Positions 41,111 through 54,586 of a stretch of 64,000 nucleotides of DNA are shown piece by piece. The notes under the pieces are model-generated. The model ran no database searches, was not told the origin of the DNA, and saw nothing but the letters and a program-made list of their open reading frames with translations. The stretch is from Mobula hypostoma (Eukaryota), in the NCBI RefSeq assembly GCF_963921235.1, contig NC_086097.1, positions 69,504,001 through 69,568,000 on the forward strand. Direction: 5' to 3'. Positions within the stretch are counted from its first letter, which is position 1. Each line of letters starts with the position of its first letter. The translations under genes and the position numbers were made by a program.

Positions 41111-41671
41111 TGTAATTTACCCCACTCTTGTAAAGTTACATCAGAGAAATAGAGGGCAGTAGGGAAAGTATTTTCATGATTTACAATAGTTCAGGGATTC
41201 TGCTGGCTTTGCAGCATCTTCCAGGGGAATAATTGAATAGACCTAACACCCAAAGTAAGTGTCAGGTTGGTAGGCAAAACTGAGCTTGGTCCTGGCCTGA
41301 CCCATCACCAGAAGCTTAATGCATTATCGAAGATCAGGATGTTAGCTGATTTTTTTTTTTTTGTTTCCTTGGCTCAAGGGTCCTGAGGACAATACCAAGG
41401 CTTCCATCAATGGTTCAGTTTAATGTCAGAATGTTTACAGACTACAACCTGAAATCCTCATTCTTCGTAGACATCCACGAAACAGAGAGAAAGAACCCAA
41501 AGAATGAATGACAGAAAAATGTTAGAAACAAAAAGCCCCCCCTCCCACACCTAAGCAGCAGCAAAGCATCAACCCTTGCCACTACCCTCCCCATTCCATC
41601 AACATCATTATCTTCAAAGGGTAAAATAATAATTGAGCTTTCGGGTACAATTACACTGAATTTTGGACATA

Positions 41672-41962
41672 TATTTATTTATTGAGATACAGTGCAGAAT
41701 AGGCCCTTCTGGCCCTTCAAACCATTCTGTGCAGCTACCCCTGATTTAACTCTAGACTAGTCACGGGGCAATTTACAATGACCTATTGATCTACTAACCG
41801 GTACATCTTTGGACTGTTGGAGGAATCCAGAGCACCTGGAGAAAACACACATTCACGGGGAGGATGTATAGACTCCTTACAGATGACGTTAGACTGGAAC
41901 TCCGAACTCCAACGCCCTGAGCTGTAATAGTGTTGCACTAACTGTCTGCTACTGTGGTGCTC
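41672..41962 (-). mobile_element. tRNA-derived V-SINE (HE1-like) with CR1-like tail
   Basis: minus strand: tRNA-like head, V-domain-like ctccaggtgctctggattcctcc...cagtccaaagatg, tail aagggcctattctgcactgtatctc(aata)n. Confidence 0.65.
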
Positions 41963-42112
41963 ATACGTTAACTCTTTCAGATCTATAATGAGTTGTTTAA
42001 ACAGCTGCCATACTGCACCAAACTATCTTTCTTCCTATTTTCAATGGCTATTCCATTCACTTATGATACAGTTTGATTACTTTTATTTGTACGGACTCAT
42101 TTTTACTGTTAA

Positions 42113-42454
<342 letters not shown>

Positions 42455-43420
42455 GAGCTGTGAAATAGTTTGAAGACTCCTCGTGATAGTAGCAACCAAA
42501 GTAGACCAAGTGAAGGTAATTTAATGTTAATATTGAAGAAGTCTAATGGCATAATTTAACAACTGTTTTATACTGAATGAGGACAAATATTCTAGAGCTG
42601 TGTGTATGTGTGTAGCTTAACATTTTAAAACTTGAACATCCCATTTTTAAAAACAAGCATTTAATTTTTTTAGAAAGCACCTATACATTTCTAACATTTA
42701 CTGCTGTCATATTAATTCTTAATTCACCCAAATGAAGTCTTAACACTGCTGTTGTGCACGCATTTGTGAAAATGAACTAACAATTTGGTATAACCTGTTA
42801 ACTTAGACTTGATCTCCGACTTGACAGAGAAGTAATGTTGAAGGGAATTTTATGCAACCACATTTGTCATTAAAAGGCTGCTCTCCTATTGCCAGAAATT
42901 TATAGAATAACCTTATGTAGGCACTGTTATTAGTGCGATTTATAACATGTAAATTTATAACCAGCTAACTTATATGAACTACAATTGCACTACAATGGTA
43001 TTATTTTAAACAAACAAGATTATTAAGTTGTCCAGTGCTTTGTCTAAAAAGAATCTCAACTATATTTAAAAAAAACTCAGCTTTAATAAATCTCTAACCA
43101 CAAGTGTGGCTGTTGATGGCACTCAATTGCTTTCATTTTTGCCAGTAAAAATGATATTGCACTGTAAAGTGTGTAGTATTTCTAATGTCACAATCTTTCT
43201 ACCAATGGACTAATTTCACAGGCTATTCTTACAGAAACCAATCTGTTTACTAGCTATTTTTATTTTGCTTGGGCTTTCTGAAGTTCTAATGTACTGTATT
43301 AATAGATGACTTGCAGGTTATGTATATAACACAACTGTAAATTATATAGAATTGCAACATATGCATTATTACTACTTTTGTATTTTTACTTAAATAAATC
43401 TAATTTCTTCACATTGTCTG
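42455..43420 (+). other. HEATR5A: HEATR5A 3' UTR with candidate poly(A) signals AATAAA at 43085 and 43393
   Basis: AT-rich, transposon-free stretch after the stop; second AATAAA is followed by a T/GT-rich tract; transposon sequence resumes near 43470. Confidence 0.6.
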
Positions 43421-43469
43421 TTATTTTTCATAACTTTTGCTTCCCACCAAGGTTACTTTCCCTTTTAAT

Positions 43470-44170
43470 CAAAGTTCAAAAGTTCAAAGTAAATTTATTA
43501 TTAAAGTACATATATGCCACCATATATAGCCCTGAGATTCATTTTTTTGTGGGCATACTCAGTAAATCCAAGGACCATAATAGACAAGCAACCGATGTGC
43601 CAAAGACAACAAATTGCAACTGCAATGGAAATAAGCAAGCATTAAATATCAAGAACATGAGACGAAGAGTCCTTGTAAGCGAATTCATAGGTTGTGGGAA
43701 CAGTTCAGTGATGGGTAAGTGAAGCTGAATGAAGTTATCTTCATTGGTTCAAGAGCCTGATGGTTGAGGGGTAATAACTGTTCCTGAACCTGGTAGTGTG
43801 AGACCTGAGACTCCTGCACCTCCTTCCTGATGACATCAGTGAGGAGAGAGCATGACCTAGCCAGTGGTGAGGTCTTTACCCGTGATGGACAGGCCCATAT
43901 CACCCTACTTTTTGTAGGATTATCCATTCAAGGGCATTGGTGTTTGTGTACCAGGCTATGATGCAACTAGTCAATATACACTCAACCACACAACCAGATG
44001 TATTAGATGCCATGCCAAATCTTCTCAAACTTCGAAGAAGGTAGAGGTGCAACTGTGCTTTTTTGCTAATTGCATTTGCACGCTGAGCCCAGAACGAGTG
44101 CTCTGCAATGATAGCACCAAGAAACTTAAAGTTCCTGGCCCTCTCTGCATTGCCAAGTGAAAATGGTCAA
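43470..44170 (-). mobile_element. Rex1/Babar-type LINE 3' fragment, decayed
   Basis: aagttcaaagtaaatttatta tail shared with the 61480 copy; ORF-end similarity. Confidence 0.7.
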
Positions 44171-45199
44171 TGACTTCCATGTCTGTTAATTTCCTCTGAC
44201 AGTTTTTGTGTTTGAATCCTCCTACTTGAAGATTTAAAAATATAATATTCAATTCTGTGAGTGTTGGTAGCCTCTCATTCTGTTTGAAGCTAAATTTTAG
44301 CAGACAGTTTTCCCACAGAATCCATAGAAGTGAGTTTAACACTTGTACCAGGTGTTTTCATGAAATTACAGCAGATGTTACCAGCTAATAATTAAACATA
44401 AGACTAATGTGTATTTTTTCACCTTCTGTCCCAGGAGAACATTCACATTATACGCCCAATGTTGTCCTAGGTTTGTCACCAGACAGTACAGTCCAGAGAT
44501 CAAGTCTATGACTCTTAACCTTTGTATTATTATTTTACTTTGTCAAATAAATGTATTCCTTGGGAATTCATTGCAGGATGATAATTAAGCTGGTTTTTTT
44601 TTGTTTCCTGACCTTAGGAGCAATATTTATTTTTCTGCTCAACACTTTTGCTTGTCTTACGTATAGTTTAAAAGAGAATGATCTTTGCTGCTAGCCTTCC
44701 AAATATTTGAAATATTTTTGAGGCTTGTGAATAGTCCAATTAGAAAATATTGAACTTAAGAAAAATCTCCAAATGAGTTTTGAGTATATTGAGGTGGTGC
44801 TTAACCTTCTTTTAAAAGGAAGAGAAGAACTGAAGAAAGCTTTGAATTGTGGTCCTAATGGGCATCAGTTTATTAATGATTAGTATTTAAATTGTGTAGA
44901 TTATTGATTGATACAGCGTGGAAGAGGCCATTCCAGCCCTTCGAGTTACACCTTCCAGCAGTTCCATGGCTGGTAAGCTGCCCGATTGTATCTTTCATGA
45001 CTGAAACCAGCCATGAATAGTAGGCTATTACATTTTATTTGACAAATCAGTTTGCAACCTTGCTGAAATCCATGCAAATAATTCCCTGAAGGGGTTGGTA
45101 AATAATGATAAAGTGGGAATCAGTACAGTATCTGTTTTTTCCCAAATTTAATACATGCATCGAATGTCCAACCGTCTGAAGCCGTGTGATAAATTTGGT

Positions 45200-45860
45200 C
45201 AGTATGCCTTACAGTTTAGAAGAATGAGGAATGACCTATTCAAACAAAGAGATCATAAGGGTTTTTTGCAGTGTGTATGTTGTGATGTTTCCACTAGGGG
45301 AAGAACCACAAGCAAGAATTAAGATCTGCAAAGTAAGGGGTCTCTTTTTTAAAAACTGAGATGCATAAAAATTTCTTCTCCTAGGTGGTGAGCCTCCCAG
45401 ATTCTCTGTGCTGCATCATTCCTCCGAGATGCAGCACAGAGCGTCATAGGAAGTCATTCCTGCCTGTGGCCATCAAACTTTACAACTCCTCCCTTGGAGG
45501 GTCAGACACCCTGAGCCGATAGGCTGGTCCTGGACTTATTTCATAATTTACTGGCATAATTTACATATTACTATTTAACTATTTATGGTTCTATTACTAT
45601 TTATTATTTATGGTGCAACTGTAACGAAAACCAATTTCCCCCGGGATCAATAAAGTATGACTATAACCCACCCCCCCCCCACCCCAATGGTGGTAGAGAA
45701 CACATCATTCAATACACTTGGAATGGAGATGGAGAAATATTTGAAAGACTGAGAAATTGAGATTATGGAGACCTGGCATAGAAGAGGAGAGGAGTTCAGC
45801 ATGATCCAATTGGATGGTGGGAAAATGTGAGGAGCTGAGTGACCTACTCCTGCTCTTGTT
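45200..45860 (+). mobile_element. Degenerate CR1 3' end with nested Rex1/Babar-type tail (~45404-45665)
   Basis: CR1-like flanks; insert ends gggatcaataaagtatgactat. Confidence 0.5.
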
Positions 45861-47392
45861 TTCCTGTATTTTTTAAATTAGTTTCTCAGGCACTGCAATC
45901 GTGCCAAGTCAATTTGGTTCAGATTTTCACTATTGTTGATCCGTTATGAAAGCCCCACGTTTTAATATTAATTTTTAATTTTGTATTTATGCACAGGATG
46001 TACGTCAGAATAATGCTGAATGACAGACCTGAAAAAACATGGATTTTAAGTGTAATTATTTCTGCACAGTAAGAACCTTTTTTTCTGGATTTTTCATAAA
46101 TATAGAAGGCTGAAAAGGAGCAGTTCCCCAATTTGAGAAGGAACATTTCTGTGAAAGTGATTGGAAAAGTCATTTTATAACATCTCAAATAATCTTGAAA
46201 GTACTTTGATCCCAAGAGGTGTATGCTGACACTCTTGGCAGTACTCACTCACTTTTGTTTGTATATCAGCCAATAATGTACTACATTGGGGTTTTTCTGG
46301 TGCTCATGACTTACTATCAAGGTGGTGCTGAGCTGTCATGTCCATCGAGTCGTGGCTCAGGCTGGGTTGTGTTTTTAGGATTGTAGGGATGGTTTTGGGG
46401 GCAAATCAGGGAGTTGTGGGACAGGTTAGGATTTAGGGATGGGGATAAAGAATACTTAAAGGTCAGGGCCAAGAGCTGGTGGTCAGAGTGCCCAGTTGTC
46501 AAGGTCCCGTGGTTGGCAAGTCTGGAGTCGATACTCAGAGGTCAAGTCCAGAGATCAGTGGTTGAAGCCCCTGGGCCGGTGTATCTGGTCCAGGGACTGG
46601 ATGTTTAGCAGTCCAATGCTAATGAGTCAGAGAGTACGGAGCCAAGAACTGGTGGTTGGAGAGTCCAGAGCTGGCCTATCCTGGGCAGTCTGTATGTGTG
46701 AGTGGCTGGGTGGGAAAGGATGCTTGATTTTTGTTGTTTTGTTTTTGTTATTTTGTTGTAGTAGTGTTATTGTTGCTTGTGTTGTTCTGCTGAACATTGT
46801 GGGACATGTTTGTTGGCACCGGAATGTGTGGCATCACTTGCGAGCTAACCCCAGCACATCCTTAGGTTGTGTTGATTTCTGAGATAAAAAGCACATTTTG
46901 CTGCACACGTGATAACTAAGTAAATCTGGTCTGAGATTGTTTTATTTGACAGAGCTTGTAATGTTACTGGCGTCCTGGTGGGGAGGTTTGACAGTGCTGT
47001 TGGGGGAGGCCTAGACTGAGTTGGCAGAGGAGTGAGGCTCAGTATTTGTTCAGGTGGAGAAGTACAGTCACCTGGAAGAGAAAAAGTAAGGCCAGCTTGA
47101 GCAGGAGGGTAAATGTACATGCGTAGAATACAGAACTAAATTGCATCTATTTTAATCATTTAACTGGTGTGGCAAATGATCTCAAAGCTTTAATTAATAT
47201 GCAACCACAATATTTTTGCCATTACTGAGACCTAGTTGAAAGTTGAGCAGGTCTGGCAACTGAATATCCCAGGGTACAGAGTTTTCAGGTCAGATGGATG
47301 TAAGAGAGGAGGCAGCATTGAACTGTTGGTACGGGGGATACATTACTTAAGTCTAGAAAGAGGATAGCCAAGAAGGCTCCTCAAAGAAGACG

Positions 47393-50300
47393 AGTTCTGG
47401 TGCAGAAGGGAAAGAGGGGAGTAGTAGTGGTAGGGGACTCAATAGTCAGGGGAACAGACAAGAGATTCTGTGGATGTGAACAGGACACCCAAATGGTATG
47501 TTGCCTGCCAGGGTCAGGGATGCCTCGGATCAGGTCCACAACATTTTGGAGAGGGAAGGAGAGCAGCTAGATGTCTTGGTACATTTTGGTTTCAATGATG
47601 TAGGAAGGAAAAACAAAGAGGACCTGGAAAGAGAATTTAGAGAGCTAGGTAGAAAGCTGAGAAGCAGGATCTCCCTGGTAGTAATTTCTGGATTGCTGCC
47701 TGTGCTGCGTACCAGTGAGGGTAGAAACAAGATGATTTGGCAGATTAATGTGTGGCTGAGAAGCTGGTGCAGAGGGCAGGACTTCAGGTTATTGGATCAT
47801 TGAGATCTCTTCTGGGGGATGTATGACCTGTTCAAAAGTGATGGATCGCACCTGAACCCGAGGAGAAACAATGTTCTTGTGGGCTGGTTTGTTAGAGCTG
47901 TTAGGGAGGGTTTAAACTAATTTGGCAGGGGGCTGGAAACCAGAGTGAAAGGACTCAGGATAGGATGGATGGTCAAAAAAAGCAAAGATAGTGTGCAGTC
48001 AGACTGTCAGGAAGGGCAGGCAGATGATAGGACAAAATTGTAGCCTGCAGGGTGACTATCAGTGCATTAAGGATGCAGAATTAAAAAGGGTAGCAAATGC
48101 AGTATTCAAAGTGTTCTATCTCAATGCGTAGAGTATAAGAAATAAGGTGGATGATCTTGTTGCACTATTACAGGTTGTCAGGTATGATGTTGTGGTCATC
48201 ATTGAATCGTAGCTAAAGGATGGTTGTAGTTGGGAGCTAAATGTCTAAGGTAGCACGTTGTACCGGAGGGATAGAAAGGTAGGCAGAGGGGTTGGCGTGG
48301 CTCTGCTGGTTAAAAAAAATGGCATGAAATCAGTAGAAAGATGTGACATAGGATCAGAAGATGTTGAATCCTTGTGAGTTGAGTTAAGAAACTGCAAGGG
48401 TAAAAGGACCCTGATGGCATTTATATACAGGCCTCCCAACAGCAGGGATGTGGATCACAGATTATAACAGGAAATAGAAAAGGCATGTCAAAAGGGCAAT
48501 GTTACCATAGTCACAGGAGATTTCAACATGCAGGTTGATTGGGAAAGTGAGGTTGGAAATGGATCTCAAGAGAATGAGTCTGTTGAATGCCTAAAAGATA
48601 GCTTTTTAGGTCAGTTTGTTATTAAGCCTAGTAAGGAATCAGCTATACTAGATTGGGTGTTATGTAATGAACTGAAGGTGATTAGGGAGCTTAAGGTAAA
48701 GGAACCCTTAGGAAGCAGAGATCACAATATGATTAAGTTCAACTTGAGTTTTGATAGGGACAATGTGAAGTCTGATGTAGCAGTATTTCAGTGGGGTAAA
48801 CAAAATCACAATGTTATGAGAGAGGAGTTGGCCAAAGTAAATTGGAAGGAAATGCTGGCGGGGATGATAGCAGAGCAGCAAAGGTGTGAGTTTCTGGGGG
48901 AAAATGAGGAAGGTGCAGGATAGATGTATTCCAAAAATGAAGGAATACTCAAATGACAAAATAGTACAACTGTGGCTGACATGGGAAGTCAAAGCTAATG
49001 TAAAAGCAAAAGAGAGGGCATACCACAAAGCAAAAATTAGTGGGAAGACAGAGGATTGGGAACCTTTTAAAACCCTACAGAGAGCAACTAAAAGAATCGT
49101 TAGGAGGGAAAGATGAAATGTAAAAGCAAGCTAGCAAACAGTATCAAAGTGGATAGTAAAAGCTTTTTCAAGTATGTTAAAAAAAAGAGATGAGAATGGA
49201 TATAGGACTGCTAGAAAATGAGGCTGGAGAAATAATAACGGGGACCAAGGCGATGGCAATGAACTATGTGAGTATTTTGCATCAGTCTTCACTATGGAAG
49301 ACACTAGCAATATGCCAGATGTTGACGGGTGTGCGGGAAGAGAAGTGAGTGCAGTAACTATTACAAGGGAGAAGGTGCTCAAAAAGCTGAAAGACCTAAA
49401 CGTATATAAGTCACCCAGACTAGATGAACTGCACCCTCATGTTCTGAAAGAGGTAGTGGTAGAGATTGTGGAGGCATTAGCCATGGTCTTTCAAAAATCA
49501 TTGGACTCTGGCATGGTGGACTGGAAAATTGTAAATGTAACTCCACTCTTTAGGAATGGAGGAAGGCAGCAGAAAGGAAATTATCAACCAGTTAGCCTGA
49601 CCTCAATGATTGGGAAGATGTTGGAGTCAATTGCTAAGGATGAGGTGATGGAGTACTTGGTGACAGGACAAAGTCAGCATGGTTTCCTTAAGGGAAAATC
49701 TTGCCTGACAAACCTGTTGGAATTCTTTGAAGAGATTACATGTATGATAGATAAAGGGGATACAATGGATGTTTGTATATTTGGACTTGCAGAAGGCCTT
49801 TGATAAGGTGCCACACATGACGCTGCTTACCAAGTTGAGTCCATGATATTACAGGAAAGTTACTGGCATGGTTAGAGCATTGGCTGACTGGTAAGAGGCA
49901 GCAAGTGGGAATAAAAGAATCCTTTTCTGGTTGGCTGCCAGTGACTAGTGGTACACTGTGGTCGGTGTTGGGACCGCTTCTTTTTATGCTATATATCAAT
50001 GATTTAGATAATGGAATAGATGGCTTTGTTGCCAAATTTGCAGATGATACAAAGATTGATGGAGGGGCAGATAGTGTTGAGGAAACAGGTAGGATGTAAA
50101 AGGACTTAAACAGGTTAGGAAAATGAGCAAGATGGTGGCAAATGAAATACAATGTTGAAACATGAATGGTCATGCACTTTAATCATAGAAATAAATGTAC
50201 AGATTATTTTCTAAACAGGGAGGAAAATCCAAAGTCAGATGCAAAGGGACTCGGGAGTCCGTGTGCAGAACACCCTAAAGGATAACTTGCAGGTCAAGTT

Positions 50301-50964
50301 AGTGGTGAGGAAGGCGAATGCATTGTTAGCATTCATTTCAAGAGGTCTAGAATAAAAGAGCATGGATATGATTTTGAGGCTTTATAAGGCATTGGTGAGG
50401 CCTCACCTTGAGTATTGTGAACAGTTTTAGGCTCCTCATCTAAGAAAAAATGTGCTGGCATTGGGAAGGTTTCAGAGGAAGTTCACAAGGATGATTCCAG
50501 GAATGAAAGGGTTGTCATATGAGGAACGTTTAAAAACTCTGGGTCTGTACTCGCTGGGATTCAGAAGGACGAGGAGGGATCTCATTGAAACCTTTCAAAT
50601 GTTGAAAGGCCTATACAGAGTAGATGAGGAAAGGATGTTTTCCATGGTGGGAGAGTCTAGGTCATGAGAGTACAGCTTCAGGATAGAGGGATGTCTATTT
50701 AAAACAGAGATGCAGAGAAATTTCTTAACCATAGGGTTGTGAATTTGTGGAATTTGTTACCACTGGCAGCTGTGGAGACCAGGTCATTGGGTGTATTTAA
50801 GGTAGAGCTTGATAGGTTTTTGATTGGACATGGCATCAAAGGTTATGAGGAGAAGGCCGGGGAGTGGGGCTGAGGAAGAGAAAAAAGGATCAGCCATGAT
50901 TGAATGGCAGAGCAGACTCAATGGGCCAAATGGCCTAATTCTGCTCCTCTTGTTTTATGGTCTT
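47393..50964 (+). mobile_element. Decayed CR1 LINE (ORF1 esterase part plus ORF2 APE/RT), same family as 5795-9710, nested in an older CR1 (47100-47390 and 50965-51510)
   Basis: VVVGDSIVRG and HFGFNDVGRK (ORF1); YRPPN, GDFN; QHGFLKGKSCLTNLLEFF; KFADD; tail ttgttttatggtct; flanks continue an older APE (GVYYRPP near 51020). Confidence 0.9.
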
Positions 50965-51539
50965 AAATGAGGCTGTAAGGGTACAGATTTGGAACAAATC
51001 AGGTGTTGTCACTTTGCTGGAGTATATTACAGACCTCCTAAAAGACAATGGGAGATCGAAGCACAGATATGTAGTAAAGACTGCGATATGTAATAAGACT
51101 TATTGCAGTAACAGATTTCAGTTTCCCAAATAGCAATTGAAATTAATAAATAATGTGTGGATGTTCTCATTGGATTGAGTTTCTCCAGAAGACTGTTTGC
51201 TCCTCGGATTCCAACAGCTCGTGAACTCTGATCCAGCCCTCAAGTGTGAGATGGGAGAGGCCCATCAAGAGTATAAAACGTGTAAGAGATAACTAAAAAT
51301 GACCTTTGGAAAGAAGGGAGCCCATTCAATACCACAGGGCCAATCTTTGCCTAGAACCCAAAGGTATGTGAGGTCCTAATGAATACTTTTCATTGGTATT
51401 CACAAAAGGTTCAACTTTGTTGTTGGGAAATTCAGCAGCGAGAAGGTGAAATTCTCGTTGGAACCTGCATAAGTTAAGAGGAGGTACCTGATACCTTAAC
51501 CGACTTAAAGTTTATGCATTGTCCTAGCATTCAACTACA

Positions 51540-52070
51540 ACACTCCAGTGCAAAAAAAGCTGCAATGAGGAAGATGGTCCATGGTGTTTCATTGCTGAGG
51601 TAGGTTTAGAGTTGTGTAGGTCAGTTCAAGAACCTGATGGCTGTAAGAAAGTAGTTCTTCCTCAACTTGGTGGTGTAGGACTTCAGCCTGCTCAGTGATA
51701 GCAGTGAGAAGAGGGCATAGTTCAGTGCCTCTTATCAATGCTAACAATGGTGGGGAGGGCTGTGCTCATGATGGACTAGGTTTTGTCCACTACTCTCTGT
51801 GGCTTCTTACCCTCTTGTGCATTGGAGTTGATGAACCATCCATGATACAACCAGTCAGGATACTTTGAATAGTGCATTTGTCTGTTGGAGTATTTGTTGG
51901 TAAGTTAAATCTCCTTCAGCGCCTTGAAAAAAAGCAGAGACACTGGTGTGCCTTCTTTGTTATTGCTGGGCCCAGGACAGGTTAGACAAGATGCTCCATG
52001 TCTGACCCACCAAAATGAGATCTGACGTGTGGTCTTCTCACTTCCCTTTTCTGAAGTCAATGTTTATACT
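51540..52070 (-). mobile_element. Degenerate Rex1/Babar-type fragment
   Basis: similar to the 3' coding regions at 43700-44100 and 61780-61960. Confidence 0.5.
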
Positions 52071-52196
52071 CAAAAAGGGCGGCGGGGAAAACTGGCAATC
52101 GGAGAGCTGTACAAATAACATCAGTAGTAGGGAGGGTACTGGAACAAATGCCAAGGCACATGATTAATGATTCATTGGAAAGGCAGCCACTAATCA

Positions 52197-52545
52197 GAGC
52201 AACACAAAATGCAGAAGGAATTTAGCAGGTCAAATAACACCAATGGAAGGAAATGGACCATCGATGTTTTGGGCCGAGGCTCTTTATCAGGACTGGAGGG
52301 GAGGGGAGCAGAAGCCTGAGTAGGAAGGTGAGGGGAGGACGACAAGCCCATCACCATCCTCATTGCCCAACCGCTTTCCTTTATTTCACTTTCTCCTTTC
52401 AGATTCCTCCTTGAGCTCTTTACCTCTTCTACCTATCACTTCCCATCGTCTCACATCTTCCCAATTCCCAACCTACCTAAATTCCCCTTCATCTGGTCTC
52501 ACCTATCACGTGCAAGGTTGTACAACACCCACTTCAAGTTGTTGA
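52197..52545. mobile_element. Short Penelope-like 3' end (minus) with inverted internal piece
   Basis: aacacaaaatgc...agcaggtca terminus; degenerate hammerhead at 52259-52297 (-); purine tract followed by pyrimidine tract. Confidence 0.55.
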
Positions 52546-54586
52546 GAGACTCGTTCCAAAGGACATTGGGATTGAACTTTTGACACCCCAAGCTGTAATA
52601 GTATTGTGCTAATAGCTATGCTACATGGCGCGGTCTGTAGGAGACCCAGTTAATAGTCTTCTCCACTGCAAATGGCCCCAGGTAGCGTGGGGCCAACTTG
52701 CGGCTCTCAACTTTCAAAAGAAGATCTCCAGATGCTAGTCTGACTTCTGTCTTAAGAGGCCTCACCTGTCAGTGGAGCCAATCTGCCTGCTGGGCAGGTT
52801 GTTTCTGAGTGCAAAATAGAGAAGCCCTGGCCCATCGCCACATGAGCTTGTATCAACAGTTCAGCAGCAGGAACTCCCATGTCAGCCTCTTTAAGGCTAG
52901 AATCCTATTTGGCATCCAAAGGGAGACATGCCAGTAGAGGATGACTGAAGGTTATTGTGGGCAACTTCTGCCCAAACCAGTTGAGAGCTCCAGGTCGTGC
53001 GGTTGGAAGAGACGAGGCAGCACAGTGTTGTCTCCAGCTCCTGATTCACCCTCTCAGTCTGGCCGTTAGATTGGGGGTGAAAACCTGATGAGAGATTTTT
53101 TGAGAGATGTTTTCTCCCAAAAGAGAACAGAAAGTCTTCCAAAATCAAGAGGTAACTGTGGTCCTTGATCAGGTACTTTGTCCTGAGGGAAGCCGTGCAG
53201 CCTGAGCACATGCTGAACCAAGAGCGTGGCAGTTTCACAAGCTGACAGGAGCTTAGGGAGAGCAATGACATGGGCAACTTTGAAGAATTGTTCTACAACA
53301 ACCAAAATACTTGTGTTTCCATCAGCCAGTGATGAAATCCACAGAGAGGTGGGACCAGGGGTGATGAAGCACAGGCAGCAGGCAGACCAGCAGTGCAGTG
53401 ATGTGACATCTTGTTCTGGGCACAAGTGGAACAGGCAGAGACAAAGCTGTGGACATCCTGAGACATACGTGGCCACCAAAATCATCTCTATGAATACCAG
53501 GGTCCGTTGAATCCTTAGATGGCCAACCAGACAGGAAGAGTGACCCCACTCCAACACACTGGGTTGTACAGTGGCAAGGACAAACAGCCTTTTGGGAGGC
53601 CCCACACTTGGTGCTTGATCTGACTGTTGGGTAGCCTCCTCCTCTGCTTCTATTCTCCAGGTAGTGGCAGCAGCTGTGCACGAGCAAGGAAGGATGGACT
53701 CTGGAGTGGTGTTGTCCTCAGATGTCAAACTGGTGGGAGAGAGTATCAGCCTTGGTATTCTTGCTGCCAGGACAGTAGGTGAGGGTGAAATTAAACCAGG
53801 TGAAGAAGAGAGCCCAATGGGCTTGACGGGACTTGAGTCTCTTGGTGTCACAGATATAGAAGAGGTTCTTGTGACCTGTCCTTACCAGAAAGGGGTGCTC
53901 CACCCATCCAGTCAGTGTTGCCATGCTTCCAGGGCTTCCTTGACAGCCAGAAGTTCTCAACATCATAATTACACTCTGCAGGAGTCAAGCGATGGGAAAG
54001 AAAAGCACAGGGGTGCAGTCAATTATCTACAGAAGAGCACTGTGAGAGTACAGGTCTAATGCCAACATCTGATGAATCAACCTCAATGATGAATGACAGG
54101 ATGGGACATTGACAAAATATCGCTTTAGTTCTGAGAATGCCTGGTCTGCTTCACTTGTTCATAGGAATCCTGCAGCGGTCATCTTGGTGAGTACATTTAT
54201 GGGGGCAGCAAAGGAAATAAAGTTTCTGATGAAATGGCAATAAAAGCTTACTAACTCCATGAAGCAGCTCACCCCTGTTTGACCATAAATGGTTTGGGCC
54301 ACTCTGACAGCCTGAACTTTACATGGGTCCATTTGAACATTGGAAGGGGTGAGGATGTAGCCCAAGAATGACTCTTGCCCTTTATGGAACTTGCGCTTCT
54401 CTGGCTTGGCATAAAGATTATTCTCGAGGAGCCATCAGAGAACCTCCAGATATGCTAGATGTGTTCCCCATGAACCAACTGATTCAATATGTCCTGGAGC
54501 ACATCATTGGCCAAGACCCGAAAAACTGTCGGAGTGTTGGCCAGACCAAATGTAATCATGTGGTACTCATAGTGGTCAATAGAGGT

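Noticed and set aside
45919..46260. Possible exon of a second gene downstream of HEATR5A (109-aa minus ORF with splice-like signals)
   Set aside because: No recognisable homology and no consistent exon chain
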